A DNA stretch of 64,000 nt from an uncultured Actinomycetes bacterium (lineage in GTDB: Bacteria > Actinomycetota > Thermoleophilia > UBA2241), in the NCBI GenBank assembly GCA_963783865.1, contig CAWAPD010000003.1, forward strand, positions 485,009 to 549,008, read 5' to 3'. Positions within the stretch are counted from its first letter, which is position 1. Every line of letters starts with the position of its first letter. Positions 1 through 9,657 of the stretch are shown here, one piece after another. Under the pieces are notes generated by a model that had not been told where the DNA came from, did not search any database, and worked only from the letters and a program-made list of their open reading frames with translations. The position numbers and the translations under genes were made by a program.

Positions 1-295
1 TGAGCTGCTGCCGCGAGTACTTGGTCGGGTCGGACATGAGGCCCTGGAGGCCGGTCCCCACCGTCTTGGAATCGCTGATCGCCTGCTGGACACCGGTGAA
101 GTAGCTGCGATACGCGGACTCCTTGGCCGACTGCTGGCAGGCGCGGAACAGGAGCGCCGCCGCGAAGACGACGACGAAGAGGACGACGAAGAAGATGACG
201 AGGCGCTGGATGCGGAGGTGGGAGCGGTTGCGTCTGCGACGGGGTGGGGCTGCCGGTGTCTGGGTGGCATCCGGCTCGTCGTCGAAAAACGACAC
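1..295 (-). CDS. hypothetical membrane-anchored protein, N-terminal fragment (gene continues beyond window start)
   Basis: GTG start at 293-295 (minus strand) 8 nt after a GGGAGG RBS; basic N-terminus followed by one hydrophobic helix (RLVIFFVVLFVVVFAAALLF); no recognisable domain; truncated by window edge. Confidence 0.35.
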   Translation of the reverse strand, partial: MSFFDDEPDATQTPAAPPRRRRNRSHLRIQRLVIFFVVLFVVVFAAALLFRACQQSAKESAYRSYFTGVQQAISDSKTVGTGLQGLMSDPTKYSRQQL

Positions 296-316
296 CCCTG
301 ACCTCCCTGGCGTCTG

Positions 317-403
317 TGGTGGGCGAGGCGGGATTTGAACCCGCAAGCTCTTGCGAGCACTAGGTCCTGAACCTAGCGTGTCTGCCAGTTTCACCACTCG
401 CCC
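317..403 (-). tRNA. tRNA-Leu (anticodon CAG), 87 nt with long variable arm, CCA encoded
   Basis: Manual fold: acceptor GGGCGAG/CTCGCCC, anticodon stem CTAGG/CCTAG with loop TTCAGGA (CAG), variable-arm hairpin GCTC-GCAA-GAGC, T-arm GCGGG-TTCAAAT-CCCGC, discriminator A + CCA. Confidence 0.85.
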
Positions 404-476
404 GAGCGGCCGTTCCGCAGGGTGTGACTATACCACAGCGAATAGTCTGCCAAAGCCGACCGACCGGACGGAGAAC

Positions 477-2189
477 ATGGCCCCCGCATCCAACAGCCGA
501 GCCCCGCTGTACAGCGCCTGGCGCGACCGCTACGAGGTCGTCGGCACGATCGGTTCGGGGGGCTTCGCGACCGTCTACGAGGCGGTCGACCGCCAGCTCG
601 GCGGCGAGGTCGCGCTCAAGGTCGTCGAGGACCGGCCGGCCCTGTCGGCGCGGGTCGTGCGCGAGGTCGAGGCGGCTCGCTCGCTCGACCACCCAGCGAT
701 CGTCAAGCTGCTCGACTTCTTCGGCGACGGGCGGCGCAGCTTCCTGGTGTGGGAGCTCGTGCGCGGCGACCCGCTCGACGCGCTCGCCGACGAGCTCGGC
801 GAGCGCGACATGGTCGCCGCCGCCGCCGAGTTGTGCGACGCCCTCGCCTACGCCCACAGCCGCGGCATCGTGCACCGCGACATCAAGCCCGAGAACGTGA
901 TGATCGACGAGGACGGCGCCGTGAAGGTCATGGACTTCGGCATCGCCCGCATGATCGACGCCGAGACGCTCACCGCCGAGGGCGAGATGCTGGGCACGGT
1001 CGCCTACATGTCGCCCGAGCAGGCGGCGGGGCGCCGCATCGGACCGCCGACCGACGTGTACTCGGCCGGCGTCGTGCTCTACGAGCTGCTGGCCGGCGAG
1101 AACCCGCTGCGCGGCGCCACCGCCGCCGAGACGATCGGCAACGTGCTGGCCGGGCGCATCCCGCTGCTGGAGGAGCTGCGTCCCGACCTGCCGCGCGAGC
1201 TGACCGACCTGGTCGACGTGGCCGTCTCGCCCGATCCTCTCGAGCGCCCGACGGCGGTCGAGATGGGGGAGGCGCTGCGCGCGGTCGAGGACCGCCTGGG
1301 CGGCGCCCGCTTCCGCGCCCAGCGCCTCTTGGCGCCCTTCCGCCGTCTCGAGGTGGTCGGCGCCCGGGCGCTCGGCGCGGCGATCGCCTTCGCCTGCCTG
1401 GTCGCCCTGTGTCTGACGCTGCCCGGCTACCCGTCGAGCTGGATCCTGCCGATCGCCGCCGTGGCCGCGGTCGCGTGGCTCGCCGCGCCGCCGCTCGGCC
1501 TGGCATGGACGCTCGGGGCGATGCTGTTCCCCCTGTTCAACGTGTCGTCGGGCGTCGGGTTCGCGGCGCTGCTCGGGTTCGTGCCGCTGATGATGGTCGG
1601 GCGCCGCTGGCCGCTCGAGGTGGCGTGGGCCGGTCTCGCGGTGCTGCTGGTGCCCGTCTACGCGGTGCTCCTGGCGCCGGTCGGCGCGGCCGCGTTCGGG
1701 CGCCGCCGCGGGCCGCTCACGGCGGCCTGGGCGGCGGCGGTCGTGTTCGTCTGTCTCACCGTGTCGGGCGCGCGGGGAGCGCCCTTCACGGGCTTCTCCC
1801 CGCGCGCCCACCTCGGCGCCCAGCTCGGCGCCGCGGTCAGCCCGCTGACGGTGATCACGCGCGTGGGCGCGGTCGTGCTCTCGGCGCCCTGCCTGCTGCA
1901 GATGGCGGCGTGGGCCGGACTCGCGTTCGCCTTCGCGGTGTTGCTGCGGCTCGACCGGCTGGAGCTGCGGCTGTGGGTCTGGGCGGTCGCGTTCGCCTGC
2001 CTGTTCGCCGGCTATCGGCTCGTGCCGCGGCTCGCCTGGGAACGCACCGCGCCGCCGCACGCCCTGGTGCTCGCCGTGACCGTCGCCGCGGTCCTGTCGC
2101 TGGCGGTCGTGGCCCTCGCGCCACCCCTCCAGCCGAGGCTGGAGGGACCGCCGGCCGGGCTCGCCGAGCCCGACGACGACGTGTGGTAG
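477..2189 (+). CDS. Ser/Thr protein kinase (Hanks-type) with C-terminal polytopic (about 8-10 TM) membrane domain
   Basis: Kinase motifs GSGGFATVY, VALK, HRDIKPEN, DFG, GTVAYMSPE; ATG 477 after GGAG RBS (ORF-track start 351 would overlap the tRNA); C-terminal about 300 aa is a run of hydrophobic helices. Confidence 0.85.
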   Translation: MAPASNSRAPLYSAWRDRYEVVGTIGSGGFATVYEAVDRQLGGEVALKVVEDRPALSARVVREVEAARSLDHPAIVKLLDFFGDGRRSFLVWELVRGDPLDALADELGERDMVAAAAELCDALAYAHSRGIVHRDIKPENVMIDEDGAVKVMDFGIARMIDAETLTAEGEMLGTVAYMSPEQAAGRRIGPPTDVYSAGVVLYELLAGENPLRGATAAETIGNVLAGRIPLLEELRPDLPRELTDLVDVAVSPDPLERPTAVEMGEALRAVEDRLGGARFRAQRLLAPFRRLEVVGARALGAAIAFACLVALCLTLPGYPSSWILPIAAVAAVAWLAAPPLGLAWTLGAMLFPLFNVSSGVGFAALLGFVPLMMVGRRWPLEVAWAGLAVLLVPVYAVLLAPVGAAAFGRRRGPLTAAWAAAVVFVCLTVSGARGAPFTGFSPRAHLGAQLGAAVSPLTVITRVGAVVLSAPCLLQMAAWAGLAFAFAVLLRLDRLELRLWVWAVAFACLFAGYRLVPRLAWERTAPPHALVLAVTVAAVLSLAVVALAPPLQPRLEGPPAGLAEPDDDVW

Positions 2190-2253
2190 TGTTGGTGAGT
2201 CCCCGGCCGGCGGAGATCGCGGCGGCGGCCGTCTGAGCGACACGGAAGCGGCG

Positions 2254-3093
2254 GTGAATCCCCTCAAGTCCATCGAAAAGCGTATGGAGAAGACGGTCGA
2301 GAGCCTCTTCGGCCGCGCCTTCAAGGCCAGCGTCCAGCCGGTCGAGCTGGCCCACAAGCTGGCCAAGGAGATGGGCGACCACAAGACCGTCAGCGTCTCC
2401 CGCGTCTACGTCCCCAACGTCTACGAGGTCTTCCTCTCGCCGCCCGACTACGAGCAGCTGCACTCGTTCGAAGCCACGCTGGCCGACGAACTGTCGAGCT
2501 ACCTGGTCGCCTACGCGAAGCGAGAGGGCTGGACCCTGGTCGCCAAGCCGACCGTTGCGCTGCACGCCGACGCCGACCTGTCGCTGGGCGAGTTCGGCAT
2601 CGCCGCGCACACGACGGCGCCCGACGCGACCGGCGCGGGCGCGGGTGCGGCGGCCCTCGCGCCGCTGGTGCCGCCACCAGACAAGCGGCTCTCACAGACC
2701 CTGGTGTTCGGTCCGCCCGACGTGGCCGCCGTGCCGCCCGCGCCCCCCGTGGCCGTCCCCGGCCCCGGCCCGGCGGTCCCGCCGCCCTTCGCCCCCGCCG
2801 CGCCCGGACGCCTCTGCGCCGTGCTGCGCGGCCCCGGCATCGAGTCGGTGGTGGACGGCGACGTTGCCGTCATCGGGCGCAGCAAGCAGTGCGACGTCGT
2901 CGTCGCCGACCCCAACGTCTCCCGCCGTCACGCCGAGATCCGGCGGCAGGACGACGGCTTCGTGGTCGTCGACCTGCAGTCGACCAACGGCATCCGCGTG
3001 AACGGGCGGGAGGTGAAGCGCGCCGCCCTCGCCGACGGCGACCGGTTGCAAGTGGGGACCACGCGTCTCCGCTTCGAGACCCGGCCATGCTAG
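2254..3093 (+). CDS. fhaA: FhaA-like protein (DUF3662 N-terminal domain + C-terminal FHA domain)
   Basis: N-terminus MNPLKSIEKRMEKTVESLFGRAFK typical of FhaA; C-terminal FHA signature GRSKQCDVVVADPNVSRRHAEI...STNGIRVNGREV; GTG start. Confidence 0.85.
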   Translation: MNPLKSIEKRMEKTVESLFGRAFKASVQPVELAHKLAKEMGDHKTVSVSRVYVPNVYEVFLSPPDYEQLHSFEATLADELSSYLVAYAKREGWTLVAKPTVALHADADLSLGEFGIAAHTTAPDATGAGAGAAALAPLVPPPDKRLSQTLVFGPPDVAAVPPAPPVAVPGPGPAVPPPFAPAAPGRLCAVLRGPGIESVVDGDVAVIGRSKQCDVVVADPNVSRRHAEIRRQDDGFVVVDLQSTNGIRVNGREVKRAALADGDRLQVGTTRLRFETRPC

Positions 3094-3629
3094 ACGTCGT
3101 CCTGTTCGCCCTGAAGATCGGGTTCCTGGTCCTGCTGGTCCTGTTCGTCGTGCTCGTGATCCGGCGGACGGTGACCGACGTGCGCGCGGGGGCCAAGCCC
3201 TCTGAGCAAGCGCCCGACGTGGCGATCCCCGAGGCGGCCGTCGTGCCGGCGGCCACGCCGGCCGAGCGCCGCCAGCGCCGCCAGCGCCGCCACGCCGAGC
3301 GCACGATGCCCGGCGAGTCGCTCGACCTGATGGCCCACATCGACCCGCGCCTGGTCGTGGTCTCCAGCCCGGTGCTCGAGGAGGGCGAGGTCGTCAAGCT
3401 CGACGGCTGGGTGATGTTCGGGCGGGCGCCGGCCTCGGACGTGGTCCTCGACGACCCCTTCGTGTCGCAGACCCACGCGCGGGTGACGCCCCGCGGGCAG
3501 CTCCACTTCGTCGAGGACCTGGGCAGCACGAACGGCACCTTCCTGAACGGGCGCGAGGTGCTCGAGGCGCAGCTCCTGATCGACAGCGAGCTGCGCATCG
3601 GCGAGACGGTCTTCCGGTACGAGGAGTGA
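3087..3629 (+). CDS. fhaB: FHA-domain membrane protein (FhaB/FipA-like)
   Basis: ATG overlapping fhaA stop (ATGCTAG); N-terminal TM helix, C-terminal FHA (GRAPASDVVLDDPFVSQTHARV...STNGTFLNGREV). Confidence 0.8.
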   Translation: MLDVVLFALKIGFLVLLVLFVVLVIRRTVTDVRAGAKPSEQAPDVAIPEAAVVPAATPAERRQRRQRRHAERTMPGESLDLMAHIDPRLVVVSSPVLEEGEVVKLDGWVMFGRAPASDVVLDDPFVSQTHARVTPRGQLHFVEDLGSTNGTFLNGREVLEAQLLIDSELRIGETVFRYEE

Positions 3630-3636
3630 CGCGCGC

Positions 3637-4914
3637 GTGACGCTCGTCGCCCGCCATGCGGTGCTGACCGACGTCGGGCTGCTGCGGTCCGGCAACGAGG
3701 ACGCCTACGCGGCGGAGCCGCCGCTGTTCGCCGTGGCCGACGGCATGGGCGGCGCCAAGGCCGGCGAGGTCGCTTCGGCCCTGGCGCTCGAGACGCTGGC
3801 CGCCCGCCTCGCCGCCGGCGACGGCCTGGTCGCCGCCGCCGCGGCGGCCAACGCGGCGGTGTTCGAACGCGCGTCCGCCGATCCCGGCCAGAGCGGCATG
3901 GGCACGACCCTGACCGCCCTGCGCCTGACCGACACCTCGGCCGAGGCCGTCCAGGTCGGCGACAGCCGGCTCTACCGCCTGCGCGACGGCGCCCTCCAGC
4001 AGCTCACCGAGGACCACTCGGTGGTCGGGGAGTGGCTGCGGGCCGGAGCGATCAGCGCCGACGAGGCGCACGCCAGCAAGTATCGCAACGTGCTGACCCG
4101 GGCACTGGGCACCGAGCCGGCGGTCGAGATCGACGACCTGACGCTGGAGGTGCGCGCCGGCGACTTGCTGCTGCTGTGCAGCGATGGGCTCTCGTCGATG
4201 CTGACCGACGACGAGATCGCGGCCGTGCTGGTCGCCCAGACGCCCGACGTAGAGGCCTGCGCGCGCCGGCTCGTCCACGAGGCCAAGAACCACGGCGGGC
4301 ACGACAACATCACCGTGATCATCGTGGCCATCGACGAGGTCGAGCCGGGAGCCGGGGAGCCGGAGGACGAGGGGGCGGGCGCGGCCGCCGCCGGGCCGGC
4401 CGAGGAGGCGGGCGCGATCACCGAGGACATCCCCCTGCCGGCCGGCGGCGCGGCGGCCGCGCCCGAAGAGGACAAGGGCAAGGCCGGGGACGCGGCCGAA
4501 GCGGCCGGACCTACCGGCGACACCGGGCCAGGCACCGGCGACGGTGTCGAGGCCGGCGCGACGCTGGACGAGCACGACGCCAAGGACGACGGGGCGACGG
4601 CGACCGGCCGGCGCCGGCGCACGATCACGATCGTCGCCTTGGTCGCCGTCGCCCTCGTGCTCGTCGGCCTGGTCGCCGGCATCCTCGTGGTCGACAACAT
4701 GTACTTCGTCGGTGTCGACCAGGGCATGGTCAGCGTCTACCGCGGCGCGCCTTACGAGGTCGGCGGCGTCAAGCTCTACCGGGTGTACCTGCGCAGCACC
4801 GTGCCCATCGGGAACGTGCGAGCCGACCTGCAACAGCGCGTGCTCGAGCGCCACGTCACGAGCAAGGACGACGCGCTCCGGCTGGTGCGTGAAGTCCAGG
4901 GGATATCGCCGTGA
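3637..4914 (+). CDS. pstP: PP2C-family Ser/Thr phosphatase PstP with C-terminal TM segment
   Basis: GNEDAYAA, ADGMGGAKAGEVAS, DSRLYRLRDG, LCSDGLS motifs of PPM phosphatases; TM helix TITIVALVAVALVLVGLVAGILVV; GTG start after GAGGAG. Confidence 0.9.
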   Translation: MTLVARHAVLTDVGLLRSGNEDAYAAEPPLFAVADGMGGAKAGEVASALALETLAARLAAGDGLVAAAAAANAAVFERASADPGQSGMGTTLTALRLTDTSAEAVQVGDSRLYRLRDGALQQLTEDHSVVGEWLRAGAISADEAHASKYRNVLTRALGTEPAVEIDDLTLEVRAGDLLLLCSDGLSSMLTDDEIAAVLVAQTPDVEACARRLVHEAKNHGGHDNITVIIVAIDEVEPGAGEPEDEGAGAAAAGPAEEAGAITEDIPLPAGGAAAAPEEDKGKAGDAAEAAGPTGDTGPGTGDGVEAGATLDEHDAKDDGATATGRRRRTITIVALVAVALVLVGLVAGILVVDNMYFVGVDQGMVSVYRGAPYEVGGVKLYRVYLRSTVPIGNVRADLQQRVLERHVTSKDDALRLVREVQGISP

Positions 4915-6248
4915 GCCGCCGCAACCGCGAGCTGCTGCTCCTGCTGCTGGTCGGCGTCATGTCGACCTCGATCTACGTCTCGGTCTACGCCGCCCGCTTC
5001 CACGAGATCGGCCGCCTGTCGCTCGTCTACGGCGGTGTGTATCTGGCGGTGTTCGCCGTCCTGCATATCGTGGTCCGCTGGCGCCTGCCCGAGGCCGACC
5101 CCTACCTGCTGCCGATCACGGCGCTGCTCACGGCCGTCGGCCTGACCGAGATCTACCGCATCGAGCCCCACCTCGCCCGTCTGCAGGGTCAGTGGCTGCT
5201 GGTGGGGGCGGCGCTGTTCGCGGCGACGATCTTCGTCGTCCGCGACCCGCGCCGCCTCGACGACTACCGCTACGTCATCGGCGGCGTCGGGCTGCTCCTG
5301 TTGCTGGTGACCATCGTGCTCGGCACCAACGTCAACGGCGCCCGCCTCTGGATCCGCGTCGCCGGCTTCTCGATCCAGCCGTCCGAGCTCGCCAAGCTGG
5401 CGATCGTCATCTTCCTGGCCGGCTACCTGAACGACGTCAAGGAGATGCTGTCGGTGCCGACCGCCCGCATCGCCGGCCTGCGGATCCCGGCGCTCAAGTA
5501 CTTCGGGCCGCTCGTCGTGATGTGGGTCCTGTCGCTCGCGCTGCTGATCTTCATGAAGGACTTCGGCATGTCGCTGCTGTTCCTGGCGACCTTCGTCGCC
5601 ATGCTCTACATGGCCACGGCGCGGGTCGTCTACGTGATCACCGGGGCGGCGCTATTCGCCCTCGGCGCCGGCGCCGCCTACCAGTACGTCGCGCACGTGC
5701 ACGAGCGCTTCGCGATCTGGATCGACCCCTGGTCCACGGCGACGACGAGCGGCTACCAGCTGCTGCAGTCGCTGTTCGCGATCGCCGACGGCGGCGTGCT
5801 CGGGCCGGGCGTCGGGCGCGGCTACCTGCTGTTCGCCGACCGCACGCCGGTGGTCCCCGACCTGCCGACCGACTTCATCTTCGCCGCCGTCGCCAACGAG
5901 CTCGGGCTGGCCGGCGCCGTCGGCCTGATCGTGCTCTACCTGCTCTTCTGCTGGCGCGGCTTCCACATCGCCGTCTGGGCGACCGATGGCTTCTCGAAGC
6001 TCCTGGCCGGCGGTCTGGCGACCGTTTTCGGCCTGCAGACCGTCATCATCCTGGGCGGCGTGACGCGACTGATCCCCCTGACCGGGGTGACGCTGCCGTT
6101 CGTGAGCTACGGCGGCAGCTCCATCACCGCGAACCTCGTCCTCGTCGCCCTGCTGCTGCTGGTCTCTCACCGGACGAACGCCCGGCGGGGCGCCGGCGGC
6201 GACACGCAGCACCTCGTCGCCGGGGAGATGGAAGTGGGGACAGCGTGA
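4911..6248 (+). CDS. rodA: FtsW/RodA/SpoVE family cell-wall polymerase (SEDS)
   Basis: Multi-TM protein; GTGA start/stop overlap with pstP; position in conserved cluster between pstP and pbpA. Confidence 0.9.
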   Translation: MSRRNRELLLLLLVGVMSTSIYVSVYAARFHEIGRLSLVYGGVYLAVFAVLHIVVRWRLPEADPYLLPITALLTAVGLTEIYRIEPHLARLQGQWLLVGAALFAATIFVVRDPRRLDDYRYVIGGVGLLLLLVTIVLGTNVNGARLWIRVAGFSIQPSELAKLAIVIFLAGYLNDVKEMLSVPTARIAGLRIPALKYFGPLVVMWVLSLALLIFMKDFGMSLLFLATFVAMLYMATARVVYVITGAALFALGAGAAYQYVAHVHERFAIWIDPWSTATTSGYQLLQSLFAIADGGVLGPGVGRGYLLFADRTPVVPDLPTDFIFAAVANELGLAGAVGLIVLYLLFCWRGFHIAVWATDGFSKLLAGGLATVFGLQTVIILGGVTRLIPLTGVTLPFVSYGGSSITANLVLVALLLLVSHRTNARRGAGGDTQHLVAGEMEVGTA

Positions 6249-7681
6249 ACCGGGCCATCGGACGGATCTTCATCGTCGGCATGGTGCTGTTCGCGGCGCT
6301 GATGGTCAACGTCGTCTACCTGCAGGTGTTCGCCGCTCGCGGCTTGCAGCGGAACCCCGACAACCACCGTTCGATCGCCGCCGGGCTGCGCGTCAAGCGC
6401 GGGCCGATCGTCGCCTGGGACGGCACGGTGATCGCCGCCTCGCAGAAGAAGTCCGGGTTCTACTACCGGACGTACCCGAGCGGCGCCTTCGCGCCCCAGA
6501 CGATCGGCTACGACAGCGTGCGCTACGGCCTCAGCGGCCTCGAGTCGTCGTACGACGCGTGGCTCACGGGGACCTCGACCGTGAACGGCTGGCAGGGGTT
6601 GGTGGACCGCGCCCTCGGCCGGCGCCCGCACGGGGACACCGTGCGCACGACGCTGGTGCCGGCGGTGCAGGACGTGGCCCAGCAGGCGCTCGTCGGGCAG
6701 CATGGCGCCATCGTCGCGCTCGATCCGACGACCGGCGCCGTGATCGCCATGGCGTCGTCCCCGACCTACTCGCCGGCCTCGCTGGAGACCCAGTGGCGGA
6801 CGCTGGCCAGGGACCCGTCGGCGCCCCTGTTCGACCGCGCCACGCAGAGCCTTCAGCCCCCGGGCTCGTCGTTCAAGGTGGTCACCGCCACCGCCGGCCT
6901 CGGGCTCGGCAAGGTCACGCCGCTGACGCCGTTCATCGACACCGGCGTTTACTACGTGGGCGGCGGCAAGATCGTGAACTACCACCACGAGGTCTTCGGC
7001 CCCAACACGCTGACCCGGGCGCTGACCCTGTCGATCAACACCACGTTCGGCAAGGTGGGCAACCTGATCGGGCAGGGCGGCCTCGTGGACCAGATGACCG
7101 CCTACGGCTTCTACGCGCGCCCGCCGCTCGACCTGCCGCCCGGGCAGGTGGCGGCCTCCGGCCGCTACGCGGGCGGCAGGCTGCTCTCACCGGGCGCGCC
7201 GATGGACGCGCTGCACGTGGCCGCGGCGGCGATCGGCCAGGAGAACGTCCTGGCGACGCCGCTGCAGATGGCCCTCGTGGCCGCCGGCGTCGCCGACGGC
7301 GGTACGGTCATGCGGCCGTATCTGGTGCAGGACGTGAAGACGCCGGCCGGCAAGGTCGTGGTGCAGGCGGCGCCGCAGCAGTGGCAGGACGCGATGAGCC
7401 CCCAGACGGCGGCCACGCTCAACACGATGATGCAGCAGGTGGTCAACGCCGGCACCGGGACCGCCGCCGCCCTGTCGGGCATCCAGGTCGCCGGCAAGAC
7501 GGGCACGGCCGAGAAGCCGCCGGCCAACATCGGCTGGTTCATCGCCTTCGCGCCCGCCGTCGCGCCCAAGGTCGCGGTGGCGGTCATGATCGAGAACACG
7601 CCGCTCACGGGGGGCGACGTCGCGGCGCCGCTGGCGGCGCAGGTGATCAGCGCCGCCCTGACCCAGCAGAGCCTGCCGTGA
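6245..7681 (+). CDS. pbpA: penicillin-binding protein, transpeptidase (PbpA-like class B PBP)
   Basis: SSFK (SxxK), KTGTAE (KTG) motifs; N-terminal TM anchor; GTGA overlap with rodA; the ORF-track 4544..7681 frame is real only from 6245. Confidence 0.9.
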   Translation: MNRAIGRIFIVGMVLFAALMVNVVYLQVFAARGLQRNPDNHRSIAAGLRVKRGPIVAWDGTVIAASQKKSGFYYRTYPSGAFAPQTIGYDSVRYGLSGLESSYDAWLTGTSTVNGWQGLVDRALGRRPHGDTVRTTLVPAVQDVAQQALVGQHGAIVALDPTTGAVIAMASSPTYSPASLETQWRTLARDPSAPLFDRATQSLQPPGSSFKVVTATAGLGLGKVTPLTPFIDTGVYYVGGGKIVNYHHEVFGPNTLTRALTLSINTTFGKVGNLIGQGGLVDQMTAYGFYARPPLDLPPGQVAASGRYAGGRLLSPGAPMDALHVAAAAIGQENVLATPLQMALVAAGVADGGTVMRPYLVQDVKTPAGKVVVQAAPQQWQDAMSPQTAATLNTMMQQVVNAGTGTAAALSGIQVAGKTGTAEKPPANIGWFIAFAPAVAPKVAVAVMIENTPLTGGDVAAPLAAQVISAALTQQSLP

Positions 7682-7722
7682 ACGGGCCGATGCGTATGGT
7701 ACGTTTATGGACGTGAGGTGTC

Positions 7723-9600
7723 ATGACTGACGGATTCGACCGCGGCGAACTGATCGACGGGCGCTACCGGGTGCTCAACCGCCTGGGTATCGGCGGCATG
7801 GCCGACGTTTACCTGTGCGAGGACCTCACCCTCGGTCGGCGCGTCGCGCTCAAGGTCCTGCTCTCGCGCTACGCTGGCGACGGGCAGTTCGTCGAGCGGT
7901 TCCGCCGCGAAGCTCAGGCGGCGGCCCAGATCAACCACCCCAACATCGTCAACGTCTACGACTGGGGCATGGTCGGCGAGACGTACTACATCGCCATGGA
8001 GTACGTCGAGGGTGAGACGCTGAAGGAGCGGATCCGCCGGCAGGGCAAGCTGGCCCCCGGCGAGGCCGTACGGATCACCCTCGAGCTGTTGGCCGCGCTC
8101 GACGTGGCCCACGCGGCCGGCATCGTCCACCGCGACGTCAAGTCGCAGAACATCCTGATGGACGCCGCCGGCACGGCCAAGGTGACCGACTTCGGCATCG
8201 CCCGTGCCGGCGACTCGCAGATGACCGAGGCCGGGTCGATCCTGGGCACCGCCCAGTACCTGGCGCCCGAGCAGGCCAAGGGCGAGCCGGTCGACGCGCG
8301 CTCCGACCTGTACTCGGTCGGCGTCGTGCTCTACGAGATGCTGACCGGTCGCGTGCCGTTTCAGGGGGACAGCGCCGTCACCGTGGCGCTCAAGCACGTG
8401 AACGACGTGCCGCCCGAGCCGGCCGAACTGGTGCCGGGGCTGCCCTACTCGCTGAACCAGATCGTCCTGAAGGCGCTGGCCAAGGACCCCGAGCGCCGCT
8501 ATGACAGCGCGTCGAGCTTCGCCGCCGACCTGAACAACGCGCGCACGGGCGGGCCGTTGATCGCGGCCGCCTACGACCCCTCCGAAGAGGCCACGCAGGT
8601 GCAGAAGGCGGCGCCGCTCGCCGCCGAGGGGCAGACGCGGGTGATGCCGAGGGCGGCGCCGCCTTCTCCGCCCGAACGCGGGCGCCGCCGCCCGGTCTGG
8701 CCCTGGCTGCTGCTCGTGGCCTTCGTGGTCGTCGCCGCGATCGTCGCGGCGCTGCTCCTCAAGTCGTGCGCGTCGAGCGCGGTGAAGGTGCCGTCGGTCG
8801 TCGGCCAGAGCGAGGCCGCGGCGCGGACGGCGCTCGAGAACGACGGCTTCAAGGTCAAAGCCGTCGACACGTACTCCGACCAGTTCTCCGGCGGGTTCGT
8901 CGCCGCGCAGGACCCGGCGGGGGGGTCGAGCCTCGCCAAGGACGGCACCGTGACGATCTCGGTCAGCCGTGGGCCCGTGCACACGCAGCTGTCCGACCTG
9001 AGCGGCATGACGCCCGCCCAGGTCCAGGACTACCTCAAGCAGTTCGGGCTCGTCGGCAAGCAGCTGTCGGGGTCGTCGAACGCGGTCCCCAAGGGACACG
9101 TGTACAAGCAGAACCCGCCGGCCGGCACCACGGTTGCGCGCGGCGACACCGTGAAGTACTGGGTCAGCGCCGGCAAGCCGCAGGTCGCGGTGCCCGACGT
9201 GAGCGGCGAGACGCAGAGCCAGGCGACGGCCGACATCCAGGCAGCCGGCCTGCAGATCGGCTCCATCAGCCAGGCGCCGAGCGGCTCGGTGCCCGCCGGC
9301 AGCGTGATCAGCCAGAGCCCGCCGGCAGGACAGCTGGTCGACCAGGGCACCCCGGTGTCCATCACGGTCAGCAGCGGCACCCCGACGCCGAGCCCGAGCC
9401 CGTCGATGGTCGCGATCCCCGACGTCCTCGGGCTCCCCGAGGCCGAGGCCGAGACGAAGCTCACCGACGCGGGGTTCATCGTCGACCCGCCCAAGCAGGT
9501 GGGCAGCATCCAGCCGCCCGGCACGGTGGTGAAGGTCACGCCCGACGTCGGCACGCTGGCGCCGACGGGCTCGTCGGTCACGATCTGGGTAGCGAAGTAG
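7723..9600 (+). CDS. pknB: Ser/Thr protein kinase PknB with four extracellular PASTA domains
   Basis: Kinase motifs ([27 protein letters not shown]), single TM helix, four about 65-aa PASTA repeats; ATG after GAGGTG. Confidence 0.95.
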   Translation: MTDGFDRGELIDGRYRVLNRLGIGGMADVYLCEDLTLGRRVALKVLLSRYAGDGQFVERFRREAQAAAQINHPNIVNVYDWGMVGETYYIAMEYVEGETLKERIRRQGKLAPGEAVRITLELLAALDVAHAAGIVHRDVKSQNILMDAAGTAKVTDFGIARAGDSQMTEAGSILGTAQYLAPEQAKGEPVDARSDLYSVGVVLYEMLTGRVPFQGDSAVTVALKHVNDVPPEPAELVPGLPYSLNQIVLKALAKDPERRYDSASSFAADLNNARTGGPLIAAAYDPSEEATQVQKAAPLAAEGQTRVMPRAAPPSPPERGRRRPVWPWLLLVAFVVVAAIVAALLLKSCASSAVKVPSVVGQSEAAARTALENDGFKVKAVDTYSDQFSGGFVAAQDPAGGSSLAKDGTVTISVSRGPVHTQLSDLSGMTPAQVQDYLKQFGLVGKQLSGSSNAVPKGHVYKQNPPAGTTVARGDTVKYWVSAGKPQVAVPDVSGETQSQATADIQAAGLQIGSISQAPSGSVPAGSVISQSPPAGQLVDQGTPVSITVSSGTPTPSPSPSMVAIPDVLGLPEAEAETKLTDAGFIVDPPKQVGSIQPPGTVVKVTPDVGTLAPTGSSVTIWVAK

Positions 9601-9603
9601 CGA

Positions 9604-9637
9604 GGGGCGGCGGCGGGCTTCGGCCCGCCGCCGCCCC
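9604..9637. terminator. GC-rich hairpin, bidirectional terminator between convergent pknB and antiporter genes
   Basis: Perfect 15-bp stem GGGGCGGCGGCGGGC / GCCCGCCGCCGCCCC with TTCG loop. Confidence 0.6.
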
Positions 9638-9657
9638 GTCTACGTCACGACTCCCCG

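Noticed and set aside
360-2384. 674-aa minus-strand ORF antisense to the kinase gene. Similar long antisense ORFs occur at 14825..17065, 17305..19566, 40711..42762, 45564..47771, 24641..25459 and 25261..27594.
   Set aside because: Arg/Ala/Gly/Pro-rich low-complexity translations with no motifs, lying antisense to genes with clear homology. They are the typical stop-codon-poor artefacts of about 70% GC DNA.
4544-7681. 1045-aa plus-strand ORF spanning pstP, rodA and pbpA
   Set aside because: Only the last 478 codons (from GTG 6245) encode the PBP. The upstream part is an out-of-frame read-through of pstP/rodA with low-complexity translation.
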